A stretch of 64,000 nt of DNA from Octopus bimaculoides (taxonomy: Eukaryota), in contig NC_068981.1 in NCBI RefSeq assembly GCF_001194135.2, positions 20,469,580 to 20,533,579 on the forward strand, read 5' to 3'. Both the position numbers and the translations under genes were made by a program. Positions 1 through 12,730 of this stretch are shown one piece after another; positions within the stretch are counted from its first letter, which is position 1; each line of letters begins with the position of its first letter. The notes beneath the pieces were generated by a model. That model had not been told where the DNA came from and searched no databases. It saw only the letters and a list, made by a program, of their open reading frames with translations.

Positions 1-1119
1 ACTCTTCCCCCCCCCCTTAATACTACAACAGCACAGAACAAATATACAAATGCAAACACTATACCATAGATATAGATGGCACGTTAGCTTGTCTCACAAC
101 TCCTATACTGCCTTCACTCACTGACTTTCACCGGGGATTAAACCATGGCTATTGTTACTGATATTGTCACTTCCAGTAGTCACTAATCAAATTACACAAT
201 CTACATTTATTGTGCTACTGTTTTATGAGAATGCTGTCATGTATTGCCTCATCTAGAGCCAATTATATGCTACTGCTGATTTAGAATTTCTGTCTACAAT
301 CACCTTATGCCTTCCAATTCCATTATCTCTGCTATCATATCATGCTGTTTCAAATATATGTACATCATCTGTTTGCATCCAGATGATCCCAGACTGTCTC
401 CTAATTTACCACTGGACCATGGTATAGAAAAAGATAACGTGGTAACTGCTGCTCACGCACACAAACATTATACATACATGCATACATACATACAGATATA
501 TACATGCAAATGAATTAATATTTATCTTTTGTTCTTTTCATTTAACATCTGTTTTTTTATGCTGGCATGATTTAAACAGAAGTAAAGATATATACTTATA
601 TATATAATATATACCTATGGATCACACTCATGACTAAAGAATTCTTGGATACATCCACTATACACAAACACACACATGCATACATACATACATACATACA
701 TACACATGTTTACATTTAGACAAAACATTCATCAGATATAAAAGACATAAAAGGCCAACACTCATATTCTTTATATGAATGATAATGATATACATTGCTG
801 TCTCTTTAAATGTAAACATATTTGGTAAAGTGAATTGGTGCTTAACCATGAATAATTGTTGGTTAATCACCAAAATAACATTTAAATGTAAATACATGCA
901 TACATACATACATATATATATATATGTATAGTTTTATATGTGTATCTATATGTGTGTGTGTAATATATATTTATATGTGTATCTATATATGTGTGTGTAT
1001 ATATGTAATTATATATATACATACACACAAATTCAGAACTCTATGGAACTATATATAGTGCAATACCATCATGGTACCTATGAGGTTTCATGCTAGAGAC
1101 TTTTAAATTGGCCCTTAGC

Positions 1120-1757
1120 CTAGTACTGATATAATGACACATTTAGATAGTTTTCATCTTTATCCTGTTCCCCAACAGTTATGCACCAAAGTCTTAAGTC
1201 ACTGTAGAGCATAAGGTTCTAATTGTGCCTCTTTACAGCTTTCAATTACTATTGAAGTTAAGATGTAGGTCTACAGCAATATGATAATATCATGAAATAC
1301 ATTATTTTCCAATAGTTTTACACACACACACACATATATTTATATATATTATTTCTTTTATGCATTTCAGCCTCATGGCTACAGTCATGCTGGAGCACCA
1401 CTGTGACTATATAACCTTCCCACATCCCTCATATGTGGTTGATTTCTTCTGGGTGGTGAGTTTCATATCACGACCCTTGCATATGCTTTTACCTAGTCGT
1501 TGGCTTATTTGGTGTATGAGGGAGTTTGACACTGCCAACCTTGTCTGTCTCATGCCTGGATGTTGGTTTATCTGGCATTGTGGATAGGGGAATGTCTGGT
1601 TCCTTTTTGAAGACTTCCACATCTACATTGTTTAGGTTTCTTAATTCTTTTAGCAGTGCACTATACATACATGTATATATTTATATATGTGTATGTGTGT
1701 ATGTATATACATGTATAGATACTTTATTTATGTATACATACATTACATATATATATA

Positions 1758-1829
<72 letters not shown>

Positions 1830-1950
1830 ATAGTTTTTGTATATCAACTTGTCTAACTTGCTTATCTTTACATTTACTCCTCTACCTGCTCAAATTTAAA
1901 TCTCTTGAGCACTACGAAGTGTATTCTATATGGAGAATATCTGCCTCATC

Positions 1951-1984
<34 letters not shown>

Positions 1985-2487
1985 ATACATATATACAATA
2001 CATATATACATATGTGTGTGGATATATATATTCACATATGTTACATATATATATATATACACACGTGCACACACACATATATATATGGAAGTCCTAAACT
2101 CATTGAACTCATTGCATAAAGCAAAATTTTCAATCCTGTTTGTTTGCAGATAAATGACAATATCCTAAAATACTGCAGAGAACGGGGTTTTATACTCTCT
2201 TCCCCTTACTGATGTGTGCTACTTTTCTGAAATAACAGGGAGAAATTTTTAGGTCCTGTCTGTCGAGAGGACGTTTCAATGCCTTAACTTTGTGAGATAG
2301 CCATAGAAAGAGTATATGGTATTCAGCTTCTGCAGATACAAACACACTTTACTTACATCTTACAATGTTTCTGTAATCTTTTTTAGTCTCTTTGTTTTTT
2401 AGAATTCCATTGACTTTCACATTTAAAGTTATGGATATTTGTATTTATGTGCACAACACACACAATGTGTGTGTATGTATGTGTATA

Positions 2488-2529
<42 letters not shown>

Positions 2530-2680
2530 CACATATATATTGCACGCTTCTTACAGTATTAAGAGTTTTAGCTCTTATTTCTTACAATTATAGGTGCTTC
2601 GGCAGCCTCAGTCACAATAAGTGACAATAAAACCTTTTCTTTATGGTATTATATTGCACCTAGCTGTTTATAGTAATTTT

Positions 2681-2716
<36 letters not shown>

Positions 2717-4163
2717 TAAGTTCTAAGTATGATGATTCTGGACATTTCGGAACTAACCAAAACAAACACACATGCATATATGTTAAACAGTCTCTTCATA
2801 TCTTCCAAACAGTATGTGTGTATGTGAACCATTTTGTTTCAGTTCTTAAGAAGGTCATCTTAATTATACTGGTTTTTATTTTTTTCAACCTACCCCACAG
2901 CATTAAGTATACAGATATATCACTCTCCCTTGCTACTACTGCTACTACTACTACTACTACCACCCATCATTAACAGTATTTATTGTTCTTTATCATTGAT
3001 AGCATTCAATTTCAGATTAACTGCCCAGTGAACTTGTTGCCAAAGATACTGATGTGTGAGTAGAGTATATAGATATATATACATGTGTGTATGTATATAC
3101 ATATATGTGTGTGTGTACATATGATATAAAGGATTCTGGAGAGGATCGAGTACTTAAATTGTATGCACCAGGTTGGGTTGATTTAATCTGCAAGCACCAC
3201 TTGGATCAATATACTGGGTACTATATACACTAAATATATAGTGACCTATTTAGTTTTGATACTATGTGTATACTGTATGGGCATTGCCAAAGTAGAATAC
3301 ACTTGTATTTGGAAAACATTCCAAGTGAATAAAAGGGACTTTATAGGAGAATGTATTCAACCATTAACCCATCATGTACAACTAGCCAAAATAGTTGATT
3401 GGTCCAGAATGTGTAAATAGCCAAGCTGATCAAACATTAGCCTGAGTTGACCCAGAATCTATCTGTTAAGTAAGCCAATTGGAAGAAGCTGCTCACATTC
3501 ATCTTTTTAGAAATACAATAGGACAAACTAGAGTATAGTTGTTCAAACACGATTGGACAAATATATAATCAAAGGCATTCCAAGTATGACCACTGCCTCT
3601 TTTTTTTTTTTTTTTGATCCAATATAGTTTATCTACAATTACCTTTTTCCATAAGTCTTTTTTGTTCTAAGATAGTAGAGTGATTTGAGAGAGATTTGAT
3701 TTGCTCTTTCTATCAGGTCACCCAATTGCATGGAGGTGTCATTGTTTGCCATCTAGTTAGTGTGTAACCTCTTCATTTGCTACCAACTTGCTTTGTTATT
3801 GCATATAGGCATATTACAATTACAAATATATAAACAAATACTTCATTGTATATAGCAGAAGCAGTTGTTTCCCATAATGAATTTTAGATTTCAGTTGATA
3901 TATACTGTTCATATGCACCCACCCAAAAACTGATGCAGGTTTATATATATACATACATATATATATATTTAAAATACAGAGATGCCTGTAATAGTGGTAT
4001 GTAGTCTTGCTGCTATTTCTAGCGGGTTAGATGTCCTATTACAGGCATCTCTGTATTTTAAATGAATAATACATAGTCTATTGACTGTTTTTTTACCCTC
4101 GCTAGACCACTGGTGGTAAAATAAAAATTTCTAAAATTTTCTTTGCTACCCTGTATTTTATTA

Positions 4164-4198
<35 letters not shown>

Positions 4199-4299
4199 AA
4201 AATCCTACACGATTAGGTGAAAAGCGCTTTATTTAATATGTGACATTAATAAAAATCTGTAAATGTACAAACATCCAGATTTCTGAGTACCTTAATTTT

Positions 4300-4347
<48 letters not shown>

Positions 4348-4509
4348 TACACTCACATACACATGTATATAGGATAGTCTATACAAACTAGAGAAATAGA
4401 TCTCTATAAAAAGTAGTCTTATTTTATATTTATTGCTGAGAAGCTACACCAGTGACTTAAGGGACTAGAGCTACAAGCCAAATCACTTGAAACTCTGTGT
4501 GTGTGGGTG

Positions 4510-4547
<38 letters not shown>

Positions 4548-5489
4548 AACAACTCCAAGATGAAAGTCTCTACTCAACACCAAATGACAATAATTATCTG
4601 CTGTGAATTCCATCTGGAGTTTTCTTTAATATAGGTAGCATACTTTGCATTCGGGGGAAATTCATCAGGTTTTTCCACTTGCAGACTGACTCATTGGATC
4701 TTTTACAACAGCAAACAATAAGTAAATCTGCATAAGGTGAAATTGAATCTACATTTTGTAGTCCACATTCTGTGTGTTCACTAATTGTCAGTAGACAGTA
4801 GGTCAGTGTTCCCTGTGTAACTGTTAGTAGGCAGAACGTTAATGTTCACTGGTCCACCATCATTATCAGTAGACAGGGGGGGTCAGTGTTCATAAGTTCA
4901 CTATGTAAAATTGCCAGTAGACAGTGAGTTAATGTTCACTGGTCAACTGTAATTGTCAGTAGACAGTGGCTTAACACTTACTTGTTCACTATGTAATTGT
5001 CAATAAAAAATGGGTTAAATGTTCACTGGTTCACTACAATAATTGTCAATAGACAGTATGTCAATGTTTACTAGTTCACTGACTAATATACTGTGGAGAC
5101 ATAGTGGTTAGGGTGTTGTACTCATGATCATGAGATTGTGGTTTCAATTCTTGGACTGGGTGATGCGTTGTATTCTTGAGCAAAACACCTCCTTTCACAT
5201 TGCTCCAGTCTGCTCAGCAGGCAAAAATGGGAAATATTGTGATGGACTAGCATCCCGTCCAGTGGGGGGGGGATATATATAGGCCACAGAATCCAGGAAG
5301 CTGGCCTTATGAGCTCATGGCTCAGGAAGGACCTTTCATTCTTTTTTGAACTAATATACTGCAGTGCTTTCTGTAGTTTTTATCTTCTGATATGATATTT
5401 CTTAGGAATTGCAAATACGTGATATACAAAAAAAAAAAAAATACTATGATAGCTTTAACAACAACAATGATGAGGAAGAGGTGTGGTTT

Positions 5490-5520
<31 letters not shown>

Positions 5521-8006
5521 CATGGAGAAGGATGATGAAGATTTTGATGATTTTTTTTTATAACCTTTCCTTTTGTAAAAAGTTCAATTTCCATTTGTTT
5601 TTCAGTCCACAAAGATATACTTTTGTTTTTGTTGTTTTTTTTTCTCTTTCAATATGACTGTATCCAGGAATATCAAAGCTGAGAGTTAATAAAAACATTC
5701 TTTCAATCAAATCTGTTTTCTACTTAATTATTAGCAATCTGATAAACTTGAGAGATTTAGGTTTTATACTAAAACATTTCCCAGAAATGTGTATTGTCAT
5801 CTTGTTCCATGTGTAGTACAGCACACAAATATGACTGCAATACAGTATGAATGTTAAATAAAGCTCAAATGTAGGCAGTAAATTGACAAAGTTGTTTGAG
5901 TATAGGATAGAATGCCTAATAGTATTCATTCCAACTCTCTACATTCTGAGTTCAAATCCTGCCTAGATCAACTTGCCTTTCCTCTTTTTAGGGTCAATAA
6001 AGAAAGTAGCTGTTCAAAGCAGTAGCTTGCTGGAATTGTCTTAGCATTGAATGGAATTCCTTCCACCTCTCTATGCTCTAAATTCAAATCCTACCTATGT
6101 CAACTTTGCCTTTTATCCTTTTGAGGAATGGGGAAGATAAAAAGAAGTATTTGTTCAAAGCAGTGGCTTGTCAGAATTGTTGCAGCATCAGATAGAATAC
6201 TTGTGACATCTGTTCCCGGTGTGTGCATTCTGAGTTCAAAATCCCCCTTTTCTCTGATGAACAAATAATATCAGCAATTTGAAGAACCAATGGAGACATA
6301 CTATCTTTGGTTCAATTATAAGTTTGATTTATAATGGAATGGAAGGTTTATGATACCTGTGGAGTGTCTCCTTCTCCCATTATAATTGTTTTGTAGTTTC
6401 AAGGAGCTGGAACAGGTCACCGATTTGTAATATCCGTGCAAAGCGAGGTAATGAGAATGGCTCCTTAGTACATCTCACGGTCAATACAATAAATATAAAT
6501 AGAACAATGCATATATGTGCCAGAGGGAAATAAGGGACACGACTAGGTAGAATGTTTAAGAGAAGAAGATTTATTGATATGATTGTGTGTGCGTCATATA
6601 TACAGAATAATAGACAGGCCATCATAAGAATAAGATGTAAGCGTATATATGTAAGCATAGACGTATGCTTGTTAAGAACATATAAGGATGGCGATGAAGA
6701 AGAGACAGGGAAAGAGTCTGTAGCCATCGAAGTGATGTGTAAGTTCATAGACACAAGAACGATAAATACCAGTTTGTAGTCAATTGTACACAATAGTTGA
6801 AATATTGTATCAAAAGTTGCAGTGATGATGCAGAGCCGGTTGTGATACGTGTCATATGTGAAGTTGTGGCTGTGATGCTGCTGCCTGGGTCACTTGGTAC
6901 AGGAGTTCTCCCAAGTTGTATATTCGCTGTTGATCCATGGTGAAGTAATTCACGAACAGTGCAGTGTTGTAACCAGTGCGAGTACGTAGAGAAATGTTGA
7001 CATTAAGAAGAATGGTGGCGACGGAGATGGAGGTCGCCAAATGCTGTTGGACGAAGTTGGTGAGTCTCCACGTGGCTGCTGTTGTGTTGTCGTTGGAACT
7101 GGCTGTGTCTTGTGTGGTCACTGGTTAGACCTTAAAAGGTCTGGAACCAAAAGACATTGAGACGATGAGAAGCTAGGGTTTTATAAGGAGTTGTAGGCTC
7201 AAAGCTAGGTGGAAAACAGGCTCACACATGACCTTATTTGAAGGCTGTGATCGGTTGGGTTGCATATTGACGCAAATAGAGCAATAGACAAATTGCGCCA
7301 ATACCAACCAACCAGAGTAGTAGACACAACAGGTTCCAAAATGCAGCCAAAGGCTAGCTGTTATCTACTACATTTGTATGTATGTATGTATATATAATAG
7401 AGAGGAGAGGAATTTCACTCAAGTATACACTACAGGTTGCTACCACCACCAGGTCAAACTTATAAATAATACAGTTGCTGTTGGATAACATGGAAGGGTA
7501 TGGATGTTAAGCCATAGTAAAAAATACCAGTATATTATTCATATCATGAAGAATATTTAAATTATTGAACGCTTCACTTTACCAGTGTAGGAAGCAGATA
7601 TCTTCATTGATCTTTTCAAAAAAACCTCATTTTAAAAATTTGCAATACATGGCATCTTATTTATAGCTTTAAATATCTTTATCTCTGAATATATTTTAAA
7701 AACTTTCCTCAAGACCAAACACAGCATGAAAACTAAAAAAGTTCAGTAAACCAATGTATATTTTATAAGTTTAAAACATAATCTTGTTGTTGAATAAATC
7801 TTCGGCTATACTCCAAGTGTTTGGCAAAACAGCATAAGTAATAGAAAGATATTTATGTCTAAAAACATAAATATTCATGGTTACAATGAATATTTTAGTC
7901 AGTCATGATGTGTTTGACAATTGCTAAAATTCTCTTGTAATTTGTATATCAAGAATATAACTGAGGAAAAGTACCCTGGGAAGTGTTCTGCATACTAAAT
8001 ACCCAT
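1120..8006 (-). CDS. Gene A: spliced orphan gene, predicted secreted Cys-containing protein of ~263 aa
   Basis: Phase-consistent AG/GT-bounded open exons on the minus strand: 8006-8003 (ATG G|gtattt); 7858-7812 ([16 protein letters not shown], signal-peptide-like); 5834-5770 ([22 protein letters not shown]); 5678-5565 ([38 protein letters not shown]); 5400-5360 ([14 protein letters not shown]); 4727-4644 ([28 protein letters not shown]); 2329-2210 ([39 protein letters not shown]); uncertain 1944-1878 (needs an atypical GAG acceptor); 1660-1493 ([25 protein letters not shown]...NKPTT); 1201-1120 ([26 protein letters not shown]). No family recognised. Confidence 0.6.
3967..4063. repeat. Perfect 28-bp inverted repeat (hairpin) with 41-nt spacer
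   Basis: ATTTAAAATACAGAGATGCCTGTAATAG (3967-3994) is the exact reverse complement of 4036-4063. Confidence 0.95.
4765..5082. repeat. Degenerate ~40-43-bp minisatellite, about 7-8 units
   Basis: Recurrent TGTTCACT(GGT)...(T)AATTGTCAGTAGACAG motif. Confidence 0.8.
5095..5325 (+). mobile_element. tRNA-derived SINE-like element (family E)
   Basis: tRNA-like head AGTGGTTAGGGTGTTG...GTTTCAATTC; a related copy lies on the minus strand at ~32990-33225. Confidence 0.65.
6392..7372 (-). mobile_element. Probable solo LTR in an intron of gene A
   Basis: TGTAGT...ACTACA inverted termini. On the minus strand: TATAAAA at 7185-7179 and AATAAA at 6575-6570. Higher GC/CpG than the flanks. No clean 4-6 bp TSD, only TTT on both sides. 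Confidence 0.5.
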
Positions 8007-8629
8007 GCAGTAGAGTCTTACACATCTAATATAGTGAATTGAAAAACTTCAGTCAACCAAGATCATACAAGCAATTATAAGACAAAATCTCCCTCATGGT
8101 GTGCTTAAAATCTTAACAACAAAGGGAGATAACTCTCAAACATTTTTTAACAAAATTTTTGGATAACACACTGCAGATTGGAGTGACTTGCAACTTTGAA
8201 GTCAACTGGTGAAAGCAATAGATATCTTTGGTTTTATCAGACCTCCTCCATAAAGTATGTTTTAGTCAGTTGGTAAAACTACGAAAGGGATGTAAGGACA
8301 ATGGTTATGAACAAAAAATACCTGGGGTGGGTGGGGTCTGCTTACTAAGTACAAATTACTCCAATAAGATCAGATAAGTGAAAGTTTTGGACAGTATGGA
8401 CAAGGCAAATTGGAGTGGACCTGGTCTTTCAATCCAATACTGAAGATAATGGGAATATTTCAGACTTAATAGACTTCTTCAAAAAAGCACATTCTACTCA
8501 GCAAGACTAAAAGTATAAACTGTGGGTTTTGGGGGAATTTTTAAATTTCTTTTTGAGAAAAGGGCAGTGTTAAATGTAAGCTGTCAATGAATAATGGTTC
8601 TATTATATGTCTGTACACTGTATTTTTTA

Positions 8630-9015
8630 CATGTTTCAGTCATTAGACTGTGGCCATGCTGAGGCACCATCTTGAAGGTTTTTAGTCAAAAAGATCAAAC
8701 TCAGTACTTATTTTAAGTCTAGTACTCATTCTGTCAGCTTCTTTTGCTAAACCATTGAGTTACAAGGATGTAAACAAACCAACACTAGTTGTTAAGCAGT
8801 GGAGTGGGGGACAAACATAGACACAAAAGCAAATGTGTGTGTGTGTGTGTGTGTGTGTAAGATGGGTTTGCTCACAGTTTGCAGCCAGCAAATTCACTCA
8901 CAAGGCATTAATTAACCAGAGCTATAGTAGAAGACACTTGCCCAAGGTACCATGGTGTGAAATTGAACCCAAAACCACATAACTACAAAGCAAGCTTCTA
9001 AACCACACAGCCATG
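8630..9015 (-). mobile_element. tRNA-derived SINE (family B)
   Basis: Reverse complement of the family seen at 23975-24372 (GGCTGTGTGGT...CTTGGGCAAGTGTCTTCTACTATAG...TGCTCCAGCATGGCC). Confidence 0.8.
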
Positions 9016-9522
9016 CTTTATTTTATATTCAAGTATTTATCTATTAAGATTCATTCAACAGAATGATGATTCACACACACGCTGTAGAGGTTACTTATTA
9101 TAATCACAGGTAACTGTTATCAAAATTTTCAAATAACCTGCAACACAACCATTATTATCACTATAAAGACAAAAAGAATAACAGTGTTAGCTACAGAGGT
9201 GTGGTAGCTGTATTTTGATAGTAGCAGATGGCAGTTGTATTGGTTACAATAGTGGTAGTATATGTTGATTTTGGAAGTAGGGACTAGGTTAGCTAGTATC
9301 TGTAAATATAGAACTGGAAAAGAGGATAACGAGTATGCTTGTGGTAGATAGGTTAGTTTCGTTGGGTAATAAGGGTGGGGTGAGTATTATGTAGGTGCGG
9401 GTTTCCTAGTTTAATTAAGCACATTTTTTTCGCACGTGTGTATTCCGTTTTACGATTAGTAACATATATATAAGCAATGTTAAATCTCTGAACGAGGTAT
9501 AAACAGTAACTGCACGACAACA

Positions 9523-9894
9523 TGAAGTATATTTGCCACTTAAATGCGGCTAAACCCTAAGGGTGAATGTTACTGTTGCTTTTAGCCCCAGGAGAACATC
9601 TCCTCCAGCTGTCTATTGACACACTTTCTGTGCCCTGTCGGTATTTGCAAAGGGACCCCTTCGCATCGAAGATCGGTGATTGTCGTACGCTGACGAAGAG
9701 TAAATACCCAGAAACTCGAGTCCATGCGTATCATGTCAGATCGACGATGGGAAGGATGACTTCCCTTTGCAAATACTGACAGGGCACAGAAAGTGTGTCA
9801 ATAGCCAGCTGGAGGAGATATTCTCCTGGGGCTAAAAGCAACAGTAACATTCACCCTTAGGGTTTAGCCGCATTTAAGTGGTAAATATACTTCG
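9523..9894. mobile_element. Foldback/MITE with ~130-bp terminal inverted repeats
   Basis: 9524-9655 is the near-perfect reverse complement of 9762-9893. CpG-rich ~106-bp spacer. ACA flanks both ends (9520-9522 and 9895-9897). Confidence 0.85.
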
Positions 9895-9918
9895 ACATAT
9901 ATATAAATATATATATAT

Positions 9919-10148
9919 ACTAGTTTTATAACCCGATTTCATTCGGGTCTACTCAGGCCATATTTTAAAGATGAGGAATTTTGCCCTAGAGACCATGCCT
10001 TTCAATTGAGCAAACTCAGTGTTGCCATGCAAACTCCTCAGCACTTTTAACATAGATGTGCAAATTTTCAGGTCAATCCGACCACATTTACTAACACTTT
10101 TGCCTGCACAACTGCTTGTGAGACGTGCACCCTTTTCACAAATATAAA

Positions 10149-10189
<41 letters not shown>

Positions 10190-11410
10190 CATGTGTAATG
10201 GCGTCTGTCTCTGCGTATTTGGGGTTACTCTAACTCCTCCCACACCGTCCAACCGATTTTAATGATTTTTGACACATTGGTAGATCACATGCCTTGAAGT
10301 TCAAAAAAGGCCGGAATTTTTCGAAAACTCGATAATGCTCAGTTGGCATTGCTTTTTTGTGAGCTCAATCGGGTGCTTGAATTGAGATTCCGATAATGAT
10401 GTTATTTTCACGGCAGCTTTTGCATTTTTTTGTCCAATTTTGATGAAAATCGATGGGTGAGCGAAGCTCATGGCAGTGAGTTGATGTCAGTATATGGTGT
10501 TGACAAAAAATCGATAATTGCGCCTGAGCAGTGGTTTTATAAAACCAATAGGCTTTTTGTGTGCAAATATCCATTGGGGTTTTACTTTTGGCCGTAACTT
10601 TTATATTTTTTATCTGATTTTAATGAAATTTGAGATGTAGGTAAATTTTGTGGTGGGAGAGACGGTAAAGGTGTTTATTTAATTTGAAAGGGCTTGAGAA
10701 GGGCGCAAATGCAAATAAGCATTTTCTTAGAGACATTCTTAACGATTTTTAGAAATTTTACACTGATTACTGTTCATGTCCATTAGTTGATACCAGCATG
10801 AAGAGCTAACAAAAAATCGATAATTGCGCGTGAGCGGGGGATTTTAAGAAATCAATAGGCTTTTTGTATGCAATTACCCATAGGATTAATATTCTATGCT
10901 GTAACTTTTACAGAATTCGTCCGATTTTGATGAAATCTGACATCTAGGTAAAGTTTATGGTCGGAGTCATATAGTAGAATTAAAACTAAACTGGGGAAAG
11001 CAGAAATCGTCAAAATTCACTCACAATAAAATAATGAACCGATTTTGAAGAAAATTGACCCATGAGCAAAATTAAGCACTTCGACATATGAAACGTCGAT
11101 TATTCATTTAATTATTGGGATTTAAAAGTCAATGGGATATTTTCGTGTAAATGGTTACGTAAATTTTATTTTATGACATAACCTTTAACACTTTTCTTCG
11201 GATTTTGCTGAGATTGGACACGCTGATCAATTTCGTACAGAGGGTGACATTAAGGGGAGAGAAATAAACAAACATCACTCTCAACTGGTTGAGGTATACC
11301 TAATAATGGATAATAGTTGGCTCGAGGAACGTAGAAGATTTCAATACAAGGTCAGAGGTGGGCTTAACTTCAACTCGGAAAACACGAGCAACGCCGAGTT
11401 CAACAGCTAG
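9919..11410 (+). mobile_element. Non-autonomous Helitron-like element
   Basis: Starts ACTAG with a small hairpin (ACCCGA/TCGGGT). Ends with hairpin AACTCGG...CCGAGTT, then CAACAGCTAG|T at 11407-11411. Internal CCGATTTTGATGAAA-type subrepeats and a ~306-bp tandem duplication (10505 vs 10811). Confidence 0.6.
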
Positions 11411-11808
11411 TACATACATACATACATATATTATATATATATATATATATNNNNNNNNNNNNNNNNNNNNNNNNNNNNNNNNNNNNNNNNNNNNNNNNNN
11501 NNNNNNNNNNNNNNNNNNNNNNNNNNNNNNNNNNNNNNNNNNNNNNNNNNNNNNNNNNNNNNNNNNNNNNNNNNNNNNNNNNNNNNNNNNNNNNNNNNNN
11601 NNNNNNNNNNNNNNNNNNNNNNNNNNNNNNNNNNNNNNNNNNNNNNNNNNNNNNNNNNNNNNNNNNNNNNNNNNNNNNNNNNNNNNNNNNNNNNNNNNNN
11701 NNNNNNNNNNNNNNNNNNNNNNNNNNNNNNNNNNNNNNNNNNNNNNNNNNNNNNNNNNNNNNNNNNNNNNNNNNNNNNNNNNNNNNNNNNNNNNNNNNNN
11801 NNNNNNNN

Positions 11809-12637
11809 GTATACACTTAAGGAAATCAATATATAGACAGAACTGTATGAACGTTTAACGTATAAAATCTCTGCCAAACCAGAAGAAAATAGCTTGAGTA
11901 AAAAAACTTGAGCCGCTTTGGGATAGCTTTTTCTAACACATGACCACTTAGTGGCATGGTTGAAATTTCATTGGTTAGTAATAAAGGCTTATTGGCTGCA
12001 TGTGGATCAAAGCACGACTGCACGCACAACATTTTTCGATAGAGTGAGAAGTGTAAACAGTCTATTGAAATAGACGGAGTGCAAAATTTTTAAAGTAAGT
12101 GAAGTAATATTGTAGGGAGAATGTACAAATACTGTAAAGACAGATATTATGCACGGCAAAATCGAAATACACTAAAGTCAATTTTTAGGTAGATGTGGCA
12201 AAACTGAATTTAAACACACTGGGTGAACAAAAATTTTAAATAACTAAACTATTTTTCAGGCAGAACGTACAAAGACCGTAGCAAATTAGTTTTTTGTATA
12301 CAACTATTTAAAACACACGGAAGCCAATTTGTAGGCAGAAGTTGGCGTGTTAGACTAAAAGAAAGGAGCTGTTGCGATGGATGAGAGAGAATATCTGTAA
12401 GCAAGAGAAATAGAGAATGAGAGAAGGTAGAGAATCGATTAAAAACTGCAGTTTTTAGAGAAAATCCCGAGTAAAACGCCTTTTTTCCAGGTTCCTCGCT
12501 TTACACGGGAGCTCTGGGCGAAAAATTATAATGCATGACCATCCTTGGCACATAAGTAATGTGTGTATAAAGTTTGGTGAAAATCGAGTGAAAACTGTCG
12601 AACTACATACATACTACACACAGAAACACATCCTTTG

Positions 12638-12650
<13 letters not shown>
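11809..12650 (+). mobile_element. CpG-rich repeat fragment, possibly the 3' part of a second Helitron/DINE-like element
   Basis: Motif TAAAGTTTGGTGAAAATCG...(CATA)/(CA) microsatellite resembles non-autonomous Helitron cores. The start is lost in the N-gap at 11451-11808. Confidence 0.3.
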
Positions 12651-12682
<32 letters not shown>

Positions 12683-12730
12683 CATATAACAAAGGATGTG
12701 TTTCTGTATATATATATATATATATATATA

